Source: Eledone cirrhosa (lineage: Eukaryota). From it: DNA of 64,000 bases. Positions 26,289 through 38,479 of the stretch are shown piece after piece; the first letter of the stretch is position 1, and each line of letters begins with the position of its first letter. Where the stretch lies: the NCBI GenBank assembly GCA_964016885.1, contig OZ024751.1, positions 35,526,001-35,590,000 on the forward strand, read 5' to 3'. The notes under the pieces are model-generated. The model made no database searches, had not been told where the DNA came from, and was given only the letters and a program-made list of their open reading frames with translations. The position numbers and the translations under genes are program-made.

Positions 26289-26457
26289 CCCTATTTCCCG
26301 GCGCCGAAGACGCTTCGTCCTCGAGGTCCGACCCTAATTTTGACAACCAAAAATTCGAAAAGATATAATAAACAACTCTCGGCCTCCAGGACACACACGG
26401 TAGACTTGTGAGACTTATTTTAGGGGAAAGTAGCGTCTTCGGCGCCGGGAAATACAG
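26289..26457. mobile_element. Tc1/mariner-superfamily MITE (Tc2/pogo-like)
   Basis: TIR core TATTTCCCGGCGCCGAAGACGC / GCGTCTTCGGCGCCGGGAAATA; TA on both sides. Confidence 0.75.
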
Positions 26458-26974
26458 TAAATAAATGAAAGTCGTTTGTTATAAACAACAATAAGTCATT
26501 TCATAGGAAAACAAGGATCAATTCCAGGTGATACCACTGGTATTCAGATAGGGAGGGTAGAGGGTGTAACAGCCCTGGGCAGGGTAGGGTTTAGATCTTG
26601 GGGGAGCCTCGGAGTACTTCAGGTTTAGATGACCCCCTTATACACAAAAGGTTAGAATACACAGCAAGCCCCCAATTTTACATATCAATGTTCAGCTTGG
26701 TGCAAGTAATTGGAATTGAAAAGTTATACATACAGGTGTTACATTTTAAAATTCTAACCGTCCTTAAACTAAAAAGCTCAGCTAAGGGCACAAATAAATT
26801 GCTACGGGTGCCACTGGTGAGGGCACCCTCTACAGGGAGCCGGCGCTATATAACCTCCTTTGGCCCTCATTAAATCCCACCCTGGCTCCGGGCCTCCATG
26901 TCGGGGTGTAGGTGGTGATGCATTTTTATTAGCAACTTGTGAAAAGGTCCTTTCCAAAACTGAAATTAATTATT

Positions 26975-27125
26975 TCTGATTTAGGCACAAGGCCAATAAT
27001 TATTGGGGGGGGGGGGTTGTTGATTAAATTGACCCCAGTGTGTTACTGGTACTTTATTGTATGGTGGTTTGGCTGAATTATCAGAGCATCGGACCAATGC
27101 TTTGTGTTATTTGTTCAAGCCTTTG
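26975..27125 (-). mobile_element. SINE 3' part plus adjacent head fragment
   Basis: TTTCTGATTTAGGCACAAGGCC...GACCCCAGTGTGTTACTGGTACTTTATT. Confidence 0.65.
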
Positions 27126-27365
27126 CATAAATCTATATCTATATCTATGATTTGATGAGAGACACTGTAGTTAAGGTCGAGTGATCAGCGGACTTGAGAC
27201 TCAGCTGACCAATGAAACAATTGTTGATACTGTAAATAAAACCCTTCCTTGTACAGCCGACCATCTTATTCTTCAGTCTTTCACTATATATATGTGTATA
27301 TATGTGTGTGTGTGTGTGTACATGTAGATCTATGTTTATATGTATATATAAAAATATGTATATAA

Positions 27366-27401
<36 letters not shown>

Positions 27402-27485
27402 GTGCTTGTCTCTGTGTGTGTGTACATGTAGATGTATGTTTATATATATATACTTGTATATATAAAAATATGTATATAAACACAT

Positions 27486-27517
<32 letters not shown>

Positions 27518-28070
27518 GTGCTTGTCTCTGTGTGTGTACATGTAGATGTATGTTTATATATATATACTTGTATATATAAAAATATGTATATAAATACACA
27601 CAGACAAGCACATATATATATATATGTGTGCTTGTCTCTGTGTATGTGTGTGTATGTGTGTGTATGTGTGTATGTGTGTATGTAGATCTGTATCAATATA
27701 CGAGAATACCATATCAGGACAACACCAGTATATTATTATTGTTGTTATTGTTGTTGTTATTGTTATGGAGGAGAAGATAAAAGGAATATCCGTCGTTCTG
27801 ACGATTCTATCAATAGTTACTGTCACCATCGATCAGTTAGTTAATAGACTCAACATATACTGATAACTTTGTTATACAGTATGGTAGACTACATCACACG
27901 ACTACCGTAGATAGACATACAGATACATACACATACATACACATACATACACATAGATACACACACACACGCCCAGACACACACATCTATATACTCATGA
28001 CCAGAATGTCCTGTATATCTTCTCTGCCAGATTATTTTCAAGTCCAACAAGATTATTTCATAGTTCCCCT

Positions 28071-28745
28071 GTTCTATAGTTCTATTATACTCTACACAGT
28101 TCTATAATGCTCTACACAGTTCTATTATACTCTGCACAGTTCTATTATACTCTGCACAGTTCTATTATACTCTACGCAGTTCTATAGTTCTCTACACAGT
28201 TCTATTATACTCTACGCAGTTCTATATTTCTCTATACAGTTCTATTATGCTCTACACAGTTCTATTATGTTCTACACAGTTCTATTATACTCTACACAGT
28301 TCTATTATACTCTACACAGTTCTATAGTTCTCTACACAGTTCTATTATTCTCTACACAGTTCTATTATGCTCTACACAGTTCTATTATACTCTACACAGT
28401 TCTATAGTTCTCTACACAGTTCTATTATTCTCTACACAGTTCTATTATGCTCTACACAGTTCTATTTTTTTCACTACACAGTTCTATTTTTTCACTACAC
28501 AGTTCTATTATGCTCTACACAGTTCTATTATTCTCTACACAGTTCTATTATTCACTACACAGTTCTATTATTCACTACACAAGTCTATTATTCTCTAAAC
28601 AGGTCTATTATTCACTACACAGTTCTATTATTCACTACACAAGTCTATTATTCTCTAAACAGGTCTATTTTTCACTACGCAGTTCTAATATTCACTACAC
28701 AGTTCTAATATTCTCTACACAGTTCTATTATTCTCTACACAGTTC
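28071..28745. repeat. 20-bp minisatellite, ~33 copies
   Basis: Unit TTCTATTATACTCTACACAG, with variants changing along the array. Confidence 0.95.
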
Positions 28746-28847
28746 TCAGCCAGGTTTGAAAATACCCCAAAACAGGCTGTCATGAAGGCCTCCCTACAAC
28801 TCCACCAGCAGTTACGGATACATACATACATATGTACAGACATACAT

Positions 28848-29255
28848 GGTGGCTGCCAACTCGTTTTCGAGTACGGCCACTACTTTATATCCATGTAGGA
28901 GAACCCCTACCGATGCGCTGAACGAATGTGACTTTTTAGTCCAGCCAGCGACTTGAAAACTCTGGTACAAAGACTACACTTGTGACCATTATTGACACAT
29001 AGTGCAAGGCCCATGGTACCATGTGATGACAAGTGCAGAGAGATCTCCAGATATAAAGCAATGCCTGTGCTGTGAAGCTTTTATAGTGAGCAAAGGCACT
29101 GCACAAAGCCAGTCCCACTCTCTTAACCAAGATGATATTTACCAAAAAGAAGAACAAGTCAACATCATTGGATACCATCAGGGTTGCAGGTGTTATATCA
29201 GAGTTTTCCTTCTCCTAGAATTCTGCCTTGACAAAGGCTAAGGGGTCATCTCTCC
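28848..29255. repeat. Unclassified dispersed repeat (homologue at 24140-24435)
   Basis: Same conserved blocks as 24140-24435. Confidence 0.6.
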
Positions 29256-29380
29256 CAGACATACATACATACATATGTACAGCCATACATACATATGTAC
29301 AGACATACACATACATATACATACATATATTTACATATACATACATATATATATATATATGACCCTCCCCAAGTATAACA

Positions 29381-29428
<48 letters not shown>

Positions 29429-29430
29429 AT

Positions 29431-29477
<47 letters not shown>

Positions 29478-29624
29478 TATGTATACATACACACACACAT
29501 ATATACATAGATTGGTGTGTCTATCGGTCTATGTTGCAGCAGGCCATACTAACACAAGACTGTAACTGCTGCATAAACACGATCTGTCAATATTCCTTAA
29601 ATAGTATTGTAAACGTCAGTCAAT

Positions 29625-29830
29625 AATAATAATTCTTTTTACTTTAGGCACAAGGCCAGCAATTTGAAGGGGAGGGGGAGAAGTCGATTAAATTGACCCA
29701 GTGCATTACTGGTGCTTTATTTTATCGACCCCGTATGAAAGGATGAAAGGCAAAGCTAACGTAAAAGGGACGTAACTATATGCCGCAAAGTATGTTGTCA
29801 GACGCACTACCGATACTGCAATCCACTGCC
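29625..29830 (-). mobile_element. SINE (Meta/MESC-like), near full length
   Basis: AGGCACAAGGCCAGCAATTTG...TTTATCGACCCCG...GGATGAAAGGCAAAG...GCAATCCACTGCC. Confidence 0.8.
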
Positions 29831-29892
29831 CCCCCCCCCCCATATACATACACATACACACACACACATACACATATATATATATACACACA

Positions 29893-30135
29893 CACGAGAT
29901 GTTTGTCCCAAAAGTAAGGGTACTGATGTTTTATTTAAATGTACATTAGACCTACATGAAATTACAAGTTCCTTCAAAATACGACTCTTGGGAAGCCACA
30001 CAGAGGGTCGAACATTTGTTCCATTAATCCCTGCAGTACCAGGAGTCATTTTTCTGTGAATGTCTTCAGTTCGTCGGTTACAATTTTTTGTATGTTTTCC
30101 ATAGTCTCAAAATGATGACCCTTCAACTGAGAGAC
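29893..30135 (-). mobile_element. Mariner transposase 3' remnant with terminal repeat
   Basis: Minus strand encodes LKGHHFETMENIQKIVTDELK...CVASQESYFEG (mariner C-terminal pattern); terminus CGAGATGTTTGTCCCAAAAGTAAGG. Confidence 0.75.
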
Positions 30136-30646
30136 CCTTTAACTTAGAGGTTCTTTAACTTAGAGGTCCTTTAACTTAGAGGTCCTTCAACTGAGAGACC
30201 CTTTAACTTAGAGGGCCTTTAACTTAGAGGTCCTTCAACTGAGAGACCGTTTAACTTAGAGGTCCTTTAACTTAGAGGTCCTTTAACTTAGAGGTCCTTC
30301 AACTGAGAGACCGTTTAACTTAGAGGTCCTTTAACTTAGAGGTCCTTTAACTTAGAGGTCCTTCAACTGACAGACCCTTTAACTTAGAGGTCCTTCAACT
30401 GAGAGACCCTTTAACTTAGAGGTCCTTTAACTTAGAGGTCCTTCAACTGAGAGACCCTTTAACTTAAAGGTCCTTTAACTTAGAGGTCCTTTAACTTAGA
30501 GGTCCTTTAACTTAGAGGTCCTTCAACTGAGAGACCCTTTAACTTAGAGGTCCTTCAACTGAGAGACCCTTTAACTTAGAGGTCCTTTAACTTAGAGGTC
30601 CTTCAACTGAGAGACCCTTTAACTTAGAGGTCCTTTAACTTAGAGA
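30117..30646. repeat. 16-bp minisatellite seeded from the mariner remnant
   Basis: Units GAGGTCCTTTAACTTA / GAGGTCCTTCAACTGA / GAGACCCTTTAACTTA. Confidence 0.9.
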
Positions 30647-30712
30647 CGAAGTAAGAATCACCCAGATCTAGATCTGGGTTGTTATTGTTGTTGTTTCTAA
30701 TTGAAAGTGATG

Positions 30713-30749
<37 letters not shown>

Positions 30750-30865
30750 ACACATACACACATATATATGTCACACATATATATATATAAATATGTCACA
30801 CATACACACACATATATATATATATATATGTCACACATATATATATATATAAATATGTCACACAT

Positions 30866-30896
<31 letters not shown>

Positions 30897-30910
30897 AATA
30901 TGTCACACAT

Positions 30911-30944
<34 letters not shown>

Positions 30945-31040
30945 GATGTCTTATTTTACTAATGCAGTCACTCTCATTTGCGACTGTGTACGTAGAGATA
31001 TGCACGAGTTTGCACGATCCTATGAATGTATACACACACA

Positions 31041-31131
<91 letters not shown>

Positions 31132-31571
31132 GTTATATGTATGTGTTTATATGTGTGACTGAGTGAGACATTATACAGGAAAAGTACCGAAATGTTGGAA
31201 TTTCCTCTCTTGAAAACCAGATGAAATATCTCTGACATTGACCTTAACTTGTTTTAACTTCTGTCTCTTTCTCTGATTCACACACACACACACACACACA
31301 GTCACAGACACAGCCATAACTACACCCCAACACACGGCCATACCTAACACCCCAACCACACAGCCATATCTCTCACCACACAGCCATAACTACACCCCAA
31401 CCCCACAGCCATACTTAACACACCAACCACACAGCCATACCTAACACTTTAACCACAGCCATTAACACAACTCCTACATTTATCGTCTGCTTCAGGTGTC
31501 GGCCATTTTTCTTCAGACTAACACGATCAGTTTTCACTTCATATTTCAATTTTATATTTTATTGGTTTATT

Positions 31572-31921
31572 GCTGGCTGGTTGGTTGGTCGGTTGGTTGG
31601 TTGGTTGGTTGGTTGGCTGGCTGGTTGGCTGGTTGGTTGGTTGGTTGGTTGGTTGGCTGGTTGGACGGTTGGTTGGTCGGTTGGTCGGTTGGTTGGTCGG
31701 TTGGTCGGTTGGTTGGCTGGTTGGTTGGTTGGTTGGTTGGTTGGTTGGTTGGTTGGTTGGTTGGTTGGTTGGTTGGTTGGCTGGTTGGTTGGTTGGTTGG
31801 TTGGTTGGTTGGTTGGTTGGTTGGTTGGCGGGTTGTTTGGTTGGTTGGTTGGTTGGTTGGTTGGTTGGTTGGTTGGTTGGTTGGTTGGCGGGTTGTTTGG
31901 TTGGTTGGATGGTTGGTTGGT
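31572..31921. repeat. (TTGG)n microsatellite
   Basis: Seen directly. Confidence 0.95.
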
Positions 31922-32099
31922 GTCTCTATCTCACTTTCTCCTCCACCCCTTTCTCTCTCAACTACTTTACTCTGAAGATGTATATTAACCCATATGATGT
32001 GTCTGAGTGTAAAGAGAGATGCCGTGAAACATATATATACACCAGGTTCGAACACAAAGGAACCAAACTCCCACTCTCCCCATCTCTCACTAACATGAG

Positions 32100-32345
32100 C
32101 AAATGGGGGCCCCGATGGACAGAATAGAGAAGGCGTTTCCCCAGAGGATAGTGGGATAGACGCGCTGGAAGAGCCAACTCTGTACCGATGGTGGTGAGTA
32201 GGGAGGTGGCCCTAGGGCCAAGGGCACCAGAAGCTGATGGGGGGGGGGGGGTAGACAGGTGACTCTAGGGCCAAGGACACCAGAAGTCTTCACTGCGACG
32301 GGTTCAACTGCAAACCTGTCGGAGAGCCACCGATATTTTACTGCA
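32100..32345 (-). mobile_element. CRE-like non-LTR retrotransposon endonuclease 3' remnant (degraded)
   Basis: KYRWLSDRFAVEPVAVKTSGVLGP...WLFQRV...GNA; homologous to 44233-44716. Confidence 0.6.
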
Positions 32346-32387
32346 GTATCGCAGATATTGGGAACACTGCTTGACTTTCGTTTTAAT

Positions 32388-32573
32388 ATCACCACCACCA
32401 CCACCACCATCTCTATCACCACCACCACCACCACCACCACCACCACCATCTCTATCACCACCACCACCACCACCACCACCACCACCACCACCATCTCTAT
32501 CACCACCATCTCTATCACCACCACCACCATCTCTATCACGTCCACCACCATCTCTATCATCACCACCACCACC

Positions 32574-32639
<66 letters not shown>

Positions 32640-34655
32640 ATTTCCATTACTAGATCAACTATCTCATCTATTATATTAATGGTAGTTCCCAAAGTAATAA
32701 GTGGTTGAGTTGGTGGTGTGGTGTGGTGGTGGTGTTGTGGTGTGGTGTGGTGGTGGTGGTGGTGGTGGTGTGGTGGTGGTGGTGTGGTGGTGTGGTGGTG
32801 GAGGTGGTGTGGTGTGGTGGTGGTGTTGTGGTGTAGTGGTGGAGGTGGTGTGGTGTGGTGGTGGTGTTGTGGTGTGGTGTGGTGGTGGTGGTGGTGGTGG
32901 TGGTGTGGTGGTGGTGGTGTGGTGGTGGTGGTGGTGTGGTGGTGGTGGTGGTGTGGTGGTGGTGTTGTGGTGTGGTGTGGTGGTGGTGGTGGTGTGGTGT
33001 GGTGGTGGTGGTGTGGTTGAGTTGGTGGTGTGGTGTGGTGGTGGTGTTGTGGTGTGGTGTGGTGGTGGTGGTGGTGTGGTGGTGGTGGTGTGGTGGTGTA
33101 GTGGTGGAGGTGGTGTGGTGTGGTGGTGGTGTTGTGGTGTGGTGGTGGTGTGGTGGTGGTGGTGTGGTGGTGGTGGTGGTGTGGTGGTGGTGGTGGTGGT
33201 GTGGTGGTGGTGTTGTGGTGTGGTGTGGTGGTGGTGGTGGTGTGGTGTGGTGGTGGTGGTGTGGTTGAGTTGGTGGTGTGGTGTGGTGGTGGTGTTGTGG
33301 TGTGGTGTGGTGGTGGTGGTGGTGTGGTGGTGGTGGTGGTGGTGTGGTGGTGGTGGTGTGGTTGAGTTGGTGGTGTGGTGGTGGTGTTGTGGTGTGGTGT
33401 GGTGGTGGTGGAGGCGGTGTGGTGTGGTGGTGGTGTGGTGGTGGTGGTGGTGTGGTGGTGGTGGTGGTGTGGTGGTGGTGTGGTGGTAGTGGTGGTGTGG
33501 TGGTGGTGGTAGTGTGGTGGTGGTGGTGGTGGTGTAGTGGTGTGGTGTGGTGGTGGTGGTGTGGTGGTGGTGGTGTGGTGGTGGTGGTGGTGTGGTGGTG
33601 GTGTGGTGTGGTGGTGTGGTGGTGGTGTGGTGGTAGTGGTGGTGTGGTGGTGGTGGTAGTGTGGTGGTGGTGGTGGTGTGGTGGTGGTGTGGTGGTAGTG
33701 GTGGTGTGGTGGTGGTGGTAGTGTGGTGGTGGTGGTGGTGGTGTGGTGGTGTGGTGTGGTGGTGGTGGTGTGGTGGTGGTGGTGGTGTGGTGGTGGTGTG
33801 GTGTGGTGGTGGTGGTGGTAGTGTGGTGTGGTGGTGTGGTGGTGGTGGCGGTGTGGTGGTGGTGTGGTGGTGGTGTGGTGTGGTGGTGGTGGTGGTAGTG
33901 TGGTGGTGTGGTGGTGGTGGTGGCGGTGTGGTGGTGGTGTGGTGGTGGTGTGGTGTGGTGGTGGTGGTGGTAGTGTGGTGTGGTGTGGTGGTGGTGGTGG
34001 CGGTGTGGTGGTGGTGTGGTGGTGGTGTGGTGGTGGTGGTGGTGAGGATGATAATGGAGATGGGGAAGGTGTAAGATCAAATGTTAGATCGATATCTGGG
34101 ACTGACGGTGTTCGTAGTGATGGTTGTTGTTGTTGTTGGTGGTGGTGGTGATGGTGATGGTGGTTGTGGTGGTGGTGATGGTGATGGTGGTTGTGGTGGT
34201 GGTGATGGTGATGGTGGTTGTGTTGTTGTTGTTGGTGGTGGTGATGGTGGTTGTTGTTGTTGGCGGTGGTGGTGGTGGTGGTTGTATTGTTGTTGTTGGT
34301 GGCGGTGTTCGTGGTGATGGTGGTTGTGTTGGTGGTGGTCGTGGTGGTGACGGTGGTGTGGTGGTGGTGTTCGTGGTGACGGTGGCTGTGTTGGTGTTGG
34401 TGTTGGTGTTGGTGTTGGTGTTGGTGTTGATGGTGGCGAGATCGATAATGATGATCTTAATGGCAGTTATCGAGGTAATAAAACTTATTTCACTACCATC
34501 ACGAACAACTCACACCACACACCACCACCACCACCACCACTACCATCACCACCATCACCACCATCACCACCACCACCGGCATCACCATCACCAACATTAT
34601 CATCACCACCATCATCATCATCAACAGCACCAACAACCACCGCCACCACCGAGGT
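32388..34655. repeat. Large compound CAC/GTG/CAA low-complexity array with strand switches
   Basis: (CAC)n/(CAA)n 32388-32638, (GTG/GTGTG)n 32701-34435, (CAC/CAT)n 34512-34650. Confidence 0.95.
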
Positions 34656-34747
34656 AATATCAAGATAACGCCCCACCTCCACCACAACAAACCACCCAAA
34701 ACCATCCGTATTCCCCTCACTGCCAAATAACTATTAACTTTACCATT

Positions 34748-34900
<153 letters not shown>

Positions 34901-34907
34901 TATGTTA

Positions 34908-35016
34908 TGTAATAAACAACATAAGATAATTATTTCATTTACCAGTGGTTTCTTGAAAGCAACCAAAGAAAGAAACCACTGGTAAATGAAATAATTATCT
35001 TATGTTGTTTATTACA
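34908..35016. mobile_element. Hairpin family H4 with hammerhead 3' half
   Basis: ~47-bp arms TGTAATAAAC...CCAGTGGTTTCTT / AAGAAACCACTGG...TTATTACA; arm reads GAAA-CCACTGG-TA; adjacent to (TA)n. Confidence 0.7.
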
Positions 35017-35081
35017 CAACTAATAAGCTCTGTAATTCACACAGAGCACTCTTTTTTCCTGGACCTTTCCGACGGATTTAC

Positions 35082-35158
<77 letters not shown>

Positions 35159-35272
35159 GTTTGTATATGTATAATAAAGCCAAAACAATGCAGGTATGGA
35201 CATAGAATAAAGAATGCAAATGCAAAAGATATTGTTGACAATTAGTCTTTTATCTTAGATTTATTTAAATGT

Positions 35273-35308
35273 CCTTAATTTTCGAGATAATATCTCTTCT
35301 TCGGAGGG
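35273..35308 (-). ncRNA. Degenerate minimal hammerhead motif
   Basis: Minus strand CCT-CCGAAGA-A-GAGATA-T-TATCTC-GAAA-AT-TA-AGG; one core substitution (CCG for CTG). Confidence 0.35.
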
Positions 35309-35391
35309 AAGTAAAGCGGTTAAACCAGTGTTCTAAATAGCTTTCCAAGTCAGTTTAATATATATATATATTAATATATATATAATATATA

Positions 35392-35465
<74 letters not shown>

Positions 35466-35473
35466 TATATATA

Positions 35474-35507
<34 letters not shown>

Positions 35508-35527
35508 TATATATATATATATATATA

Positions 35528-35569
<42 letters not shown>

Positions 35570-35591
35570 TATATATATATATATATATATA

Positions 35592-35643
<52 letters not shown>

Positions 35644-35737
35644 ATCCTTGGTGAGGTGTGATCAGCCACAGTTGGTTTATTCTACCATTTCCGTGTATTG
35701 GCACCATTAGGCATACACACACACACACACACACACG

Positions 35738-35778
<41 letters not shown>

Positions 35779-35819
35779 ATATATATATATATATATGTGT
35801 GTATATATATATATATATA

Positions 35820-35866
<47 letters not shown>

Positions 35867-36022
35867 AACGACTTTTTTTAGCCGTTGTTCGCACCAACCT
35901 GAGGCATATGGCCCTTAAAGCGATGAAATGCCTGGGACGGTTGGAGGGTCACTGATGAAGGACTTACTTTTTCATATGCCCCACCATTTGCAACGGGCAG
36001 CCTATTATTATTATATATATAT

Positions 36023-36055
<33 letters not shown>

Positions 36056-36062
36056 CACTGTG

Positions 36063-36163
<101 letters not shown>

Positions 36164-36171
36164 GTGTACAT

Positions 36172-36210
<39 letters not shown>

Positions 36211-36237
36211 GTGTATACATATATATATCTGTATATG

Positions 36238-36309
<72 letters not shown>

Positions 36310-36629
36310 CATATACAGATATATATATGTATATAAATATATATATATATACATACATACATACATACACAGATGTGTGTGTGTGTGTGTGTGTGCGTGT
36401 GTGTGTGAGTGTGTGTGTGTATAATTAGCGCTATCAACTTGACTGTAGCCGCCATTTGGCAGAGAAATTACCGCTACAAGGTGACGATGGAAGTGAAAGT
36501 GAAACTAGCCACCTTGTTAGTTGAGATGATAGGGTGTAGTATATTGACTGGTGTACTATACTACACTTACTATTGACGGGTGTATATATAGGCAGACACA
36601 TATACACATATATACATATATACACACAT

Positions 36630-36727
<98 letters not shown>

Positions 36728-37061
36728 GCATACTATACTTTACTATGGTGCCTTAGTGTATGTACAATGCTTGCTAGTGTATGTGTGTGACTATCTCTCT
36801 CTCTCTCTATCTGTCTCTCTCGATATATTTATACAAACATATATAGGTACATATACACATATATAGATACATACACACACACACACGTATATATATATAT
36901 ATATACACACATAGACATGTGTGTATATACATATATATATGTGTGTGTATGAGAGGTGAGAGATTGACACATGAACAAGGTATACTCCCATGAAGACATT
37001 GTACCGCACGCACACACACAAACACAGTGCGATACACACACACACACTACAACACAGTGCA

Positions 37062-37125
<64 letters not shown>

Positions 37126-37246
37126 CAACACAGTGCAATACACACACACACACACACTACAACAGTGCAATACACACACAAACACACGGAAGTGTCGCAG
37201 TAAACAAAAATCTGCAGCGGAAGTCTGTAATAGTTTATTGACGATA

Positions 37247-37770
37247 TTGTTGTTGTTACTGTAGCTGCACATTGTTGTTGTTGTTGTTGTCACTCTACAT
37301 TGATGTTGTTGTTGTTGTTACTGTAGCTGCACATTGTTGTTGTTGTTGTTGTCACTCTACATTGATGTTGTTGTTGTTGTTACTGTAGCTGCACATTGTT
37401 GTTGTTGTTGTTGTCACTCTACATTGATGTTGTTGTTGTTGTTACTGTAGCTGCACATTGTTGTTGTTGTTGTTGTCACTCTACATTGATGTTGTTGTTG
37501 TTGTTACTGTAGCTGCACATTGTTGTTGTTGTTGTTGTCACTCTACATTGATGTTGTTGTTGTTGTTGTTACTGTAGCTGCACATTGTTGTTGTTGTTGT
37601 CACTCTACATTGATGTTGTTGTTGTTGTTACTGTAGCTGCACATTGTTGTTGTTGTTGTTGTCACTCTACATTGATGTTGTTGTTGTTGTTGTTACTGTA
37701 GCTGCACATTGTTGTTGTTGTTGTCACTCTACATTGATGTTGTTGTTGTTGTTGTCACTCTACATTGATG
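37247..37770. repeat. ~61-64-bp compound minisatellite with variable (GTT)n
   Basis: TTACTGTAGCTGCACATT(GTT)nGTCACTCTACATTGAT(GTT)n, ~8 copies. Confidence 0.9.
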
Positions 37771-38243
37771 TTGTTGTTGTTGTCGTTGTTGTTGTTGTCA
37801 CTGTACATTGATGTTGTTGTTATTGTTGTTGTTGTTGTCACTGTACATTGATGTTGATGATGCTGCACATTGTTTTTGTTGCTGTTGTTGTTGTTACTAA
37901 TACTGCTGCACCTTCCTGCTGTTATCTTCAAACTGTTGTTCGTTTTACTGCATGTTGCCATTGTTGTTGTTGTTGTTGTTGTTCTACTGTCACTGCAGTT
38001 GTTGTTGTTGATAGTGTTACTGCAGCTGTTGTTGTTGTTGTTGTTGTTCTACTGTCACTGCAGTTGTTGTTGTTGTTCTACTGTCACTGCAGTTGTTGTT
38101 GTTGATAGTGTTACTGCAGCTGTTGTTGTTGTTGTTGTTAGTCTTAGTGGAATGAACTTCCGTCGGTTTCGACGATGAACATTCCAATTGTTTCACCAAC
38201 GAAACAACTTGGTCATGAAATCAATGTGTTAAGTAACCGAACA

Positions 38244-38356
38244 TTGCAGAGACACGTGGACCCTTATTGCACAGACACGTGGACTCTTATTGCACAGACA
38301 CGTGGACCCTTATTGCACAGACACGCGGACCCTTATTGCACAAACACGTGTACCCT
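38244..38356. repeat. 23-bp minisatellite, ~5 copies
   Basis: Unit CAGACACGTGGACCCTTATTGCA. Confidence 0.9.
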
Positions 38357-38479
38357 TAAAACGTGATTTCAGCATGACACAGTGTACGATAATGCCGGTT
38401 CTTTGAATTAGGGGTACAGTTCATCTGACGGGCTTCCAAACAGTTTCTGTCTACCCTAAATTTCACTGACAAGCCATGG

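Noticed and set aside
27145-27285. Possible hammerhead (TTGATGA...GAAA-CAATTG-TT); similar half motifs at ~61595 and ~21265
   Set aside because: Core or stems too degenerate to call, although the context resembles the other inserts.
32671-34726. His/Pro/Thr-rich or Gly/Val/Trp-rich ORFs resembling extensin or cuticle proteins
   Set aside because: GTG/CAC simple repeats with an irregular frame; no signal peptide or unique flanks.
35950-35975. CTGATGAAGGAC hammerhead-like 5' half; also CTGAAGA on the minus strand near 7520
   Set aside because: No properly placed stem II and GAAA downstream.
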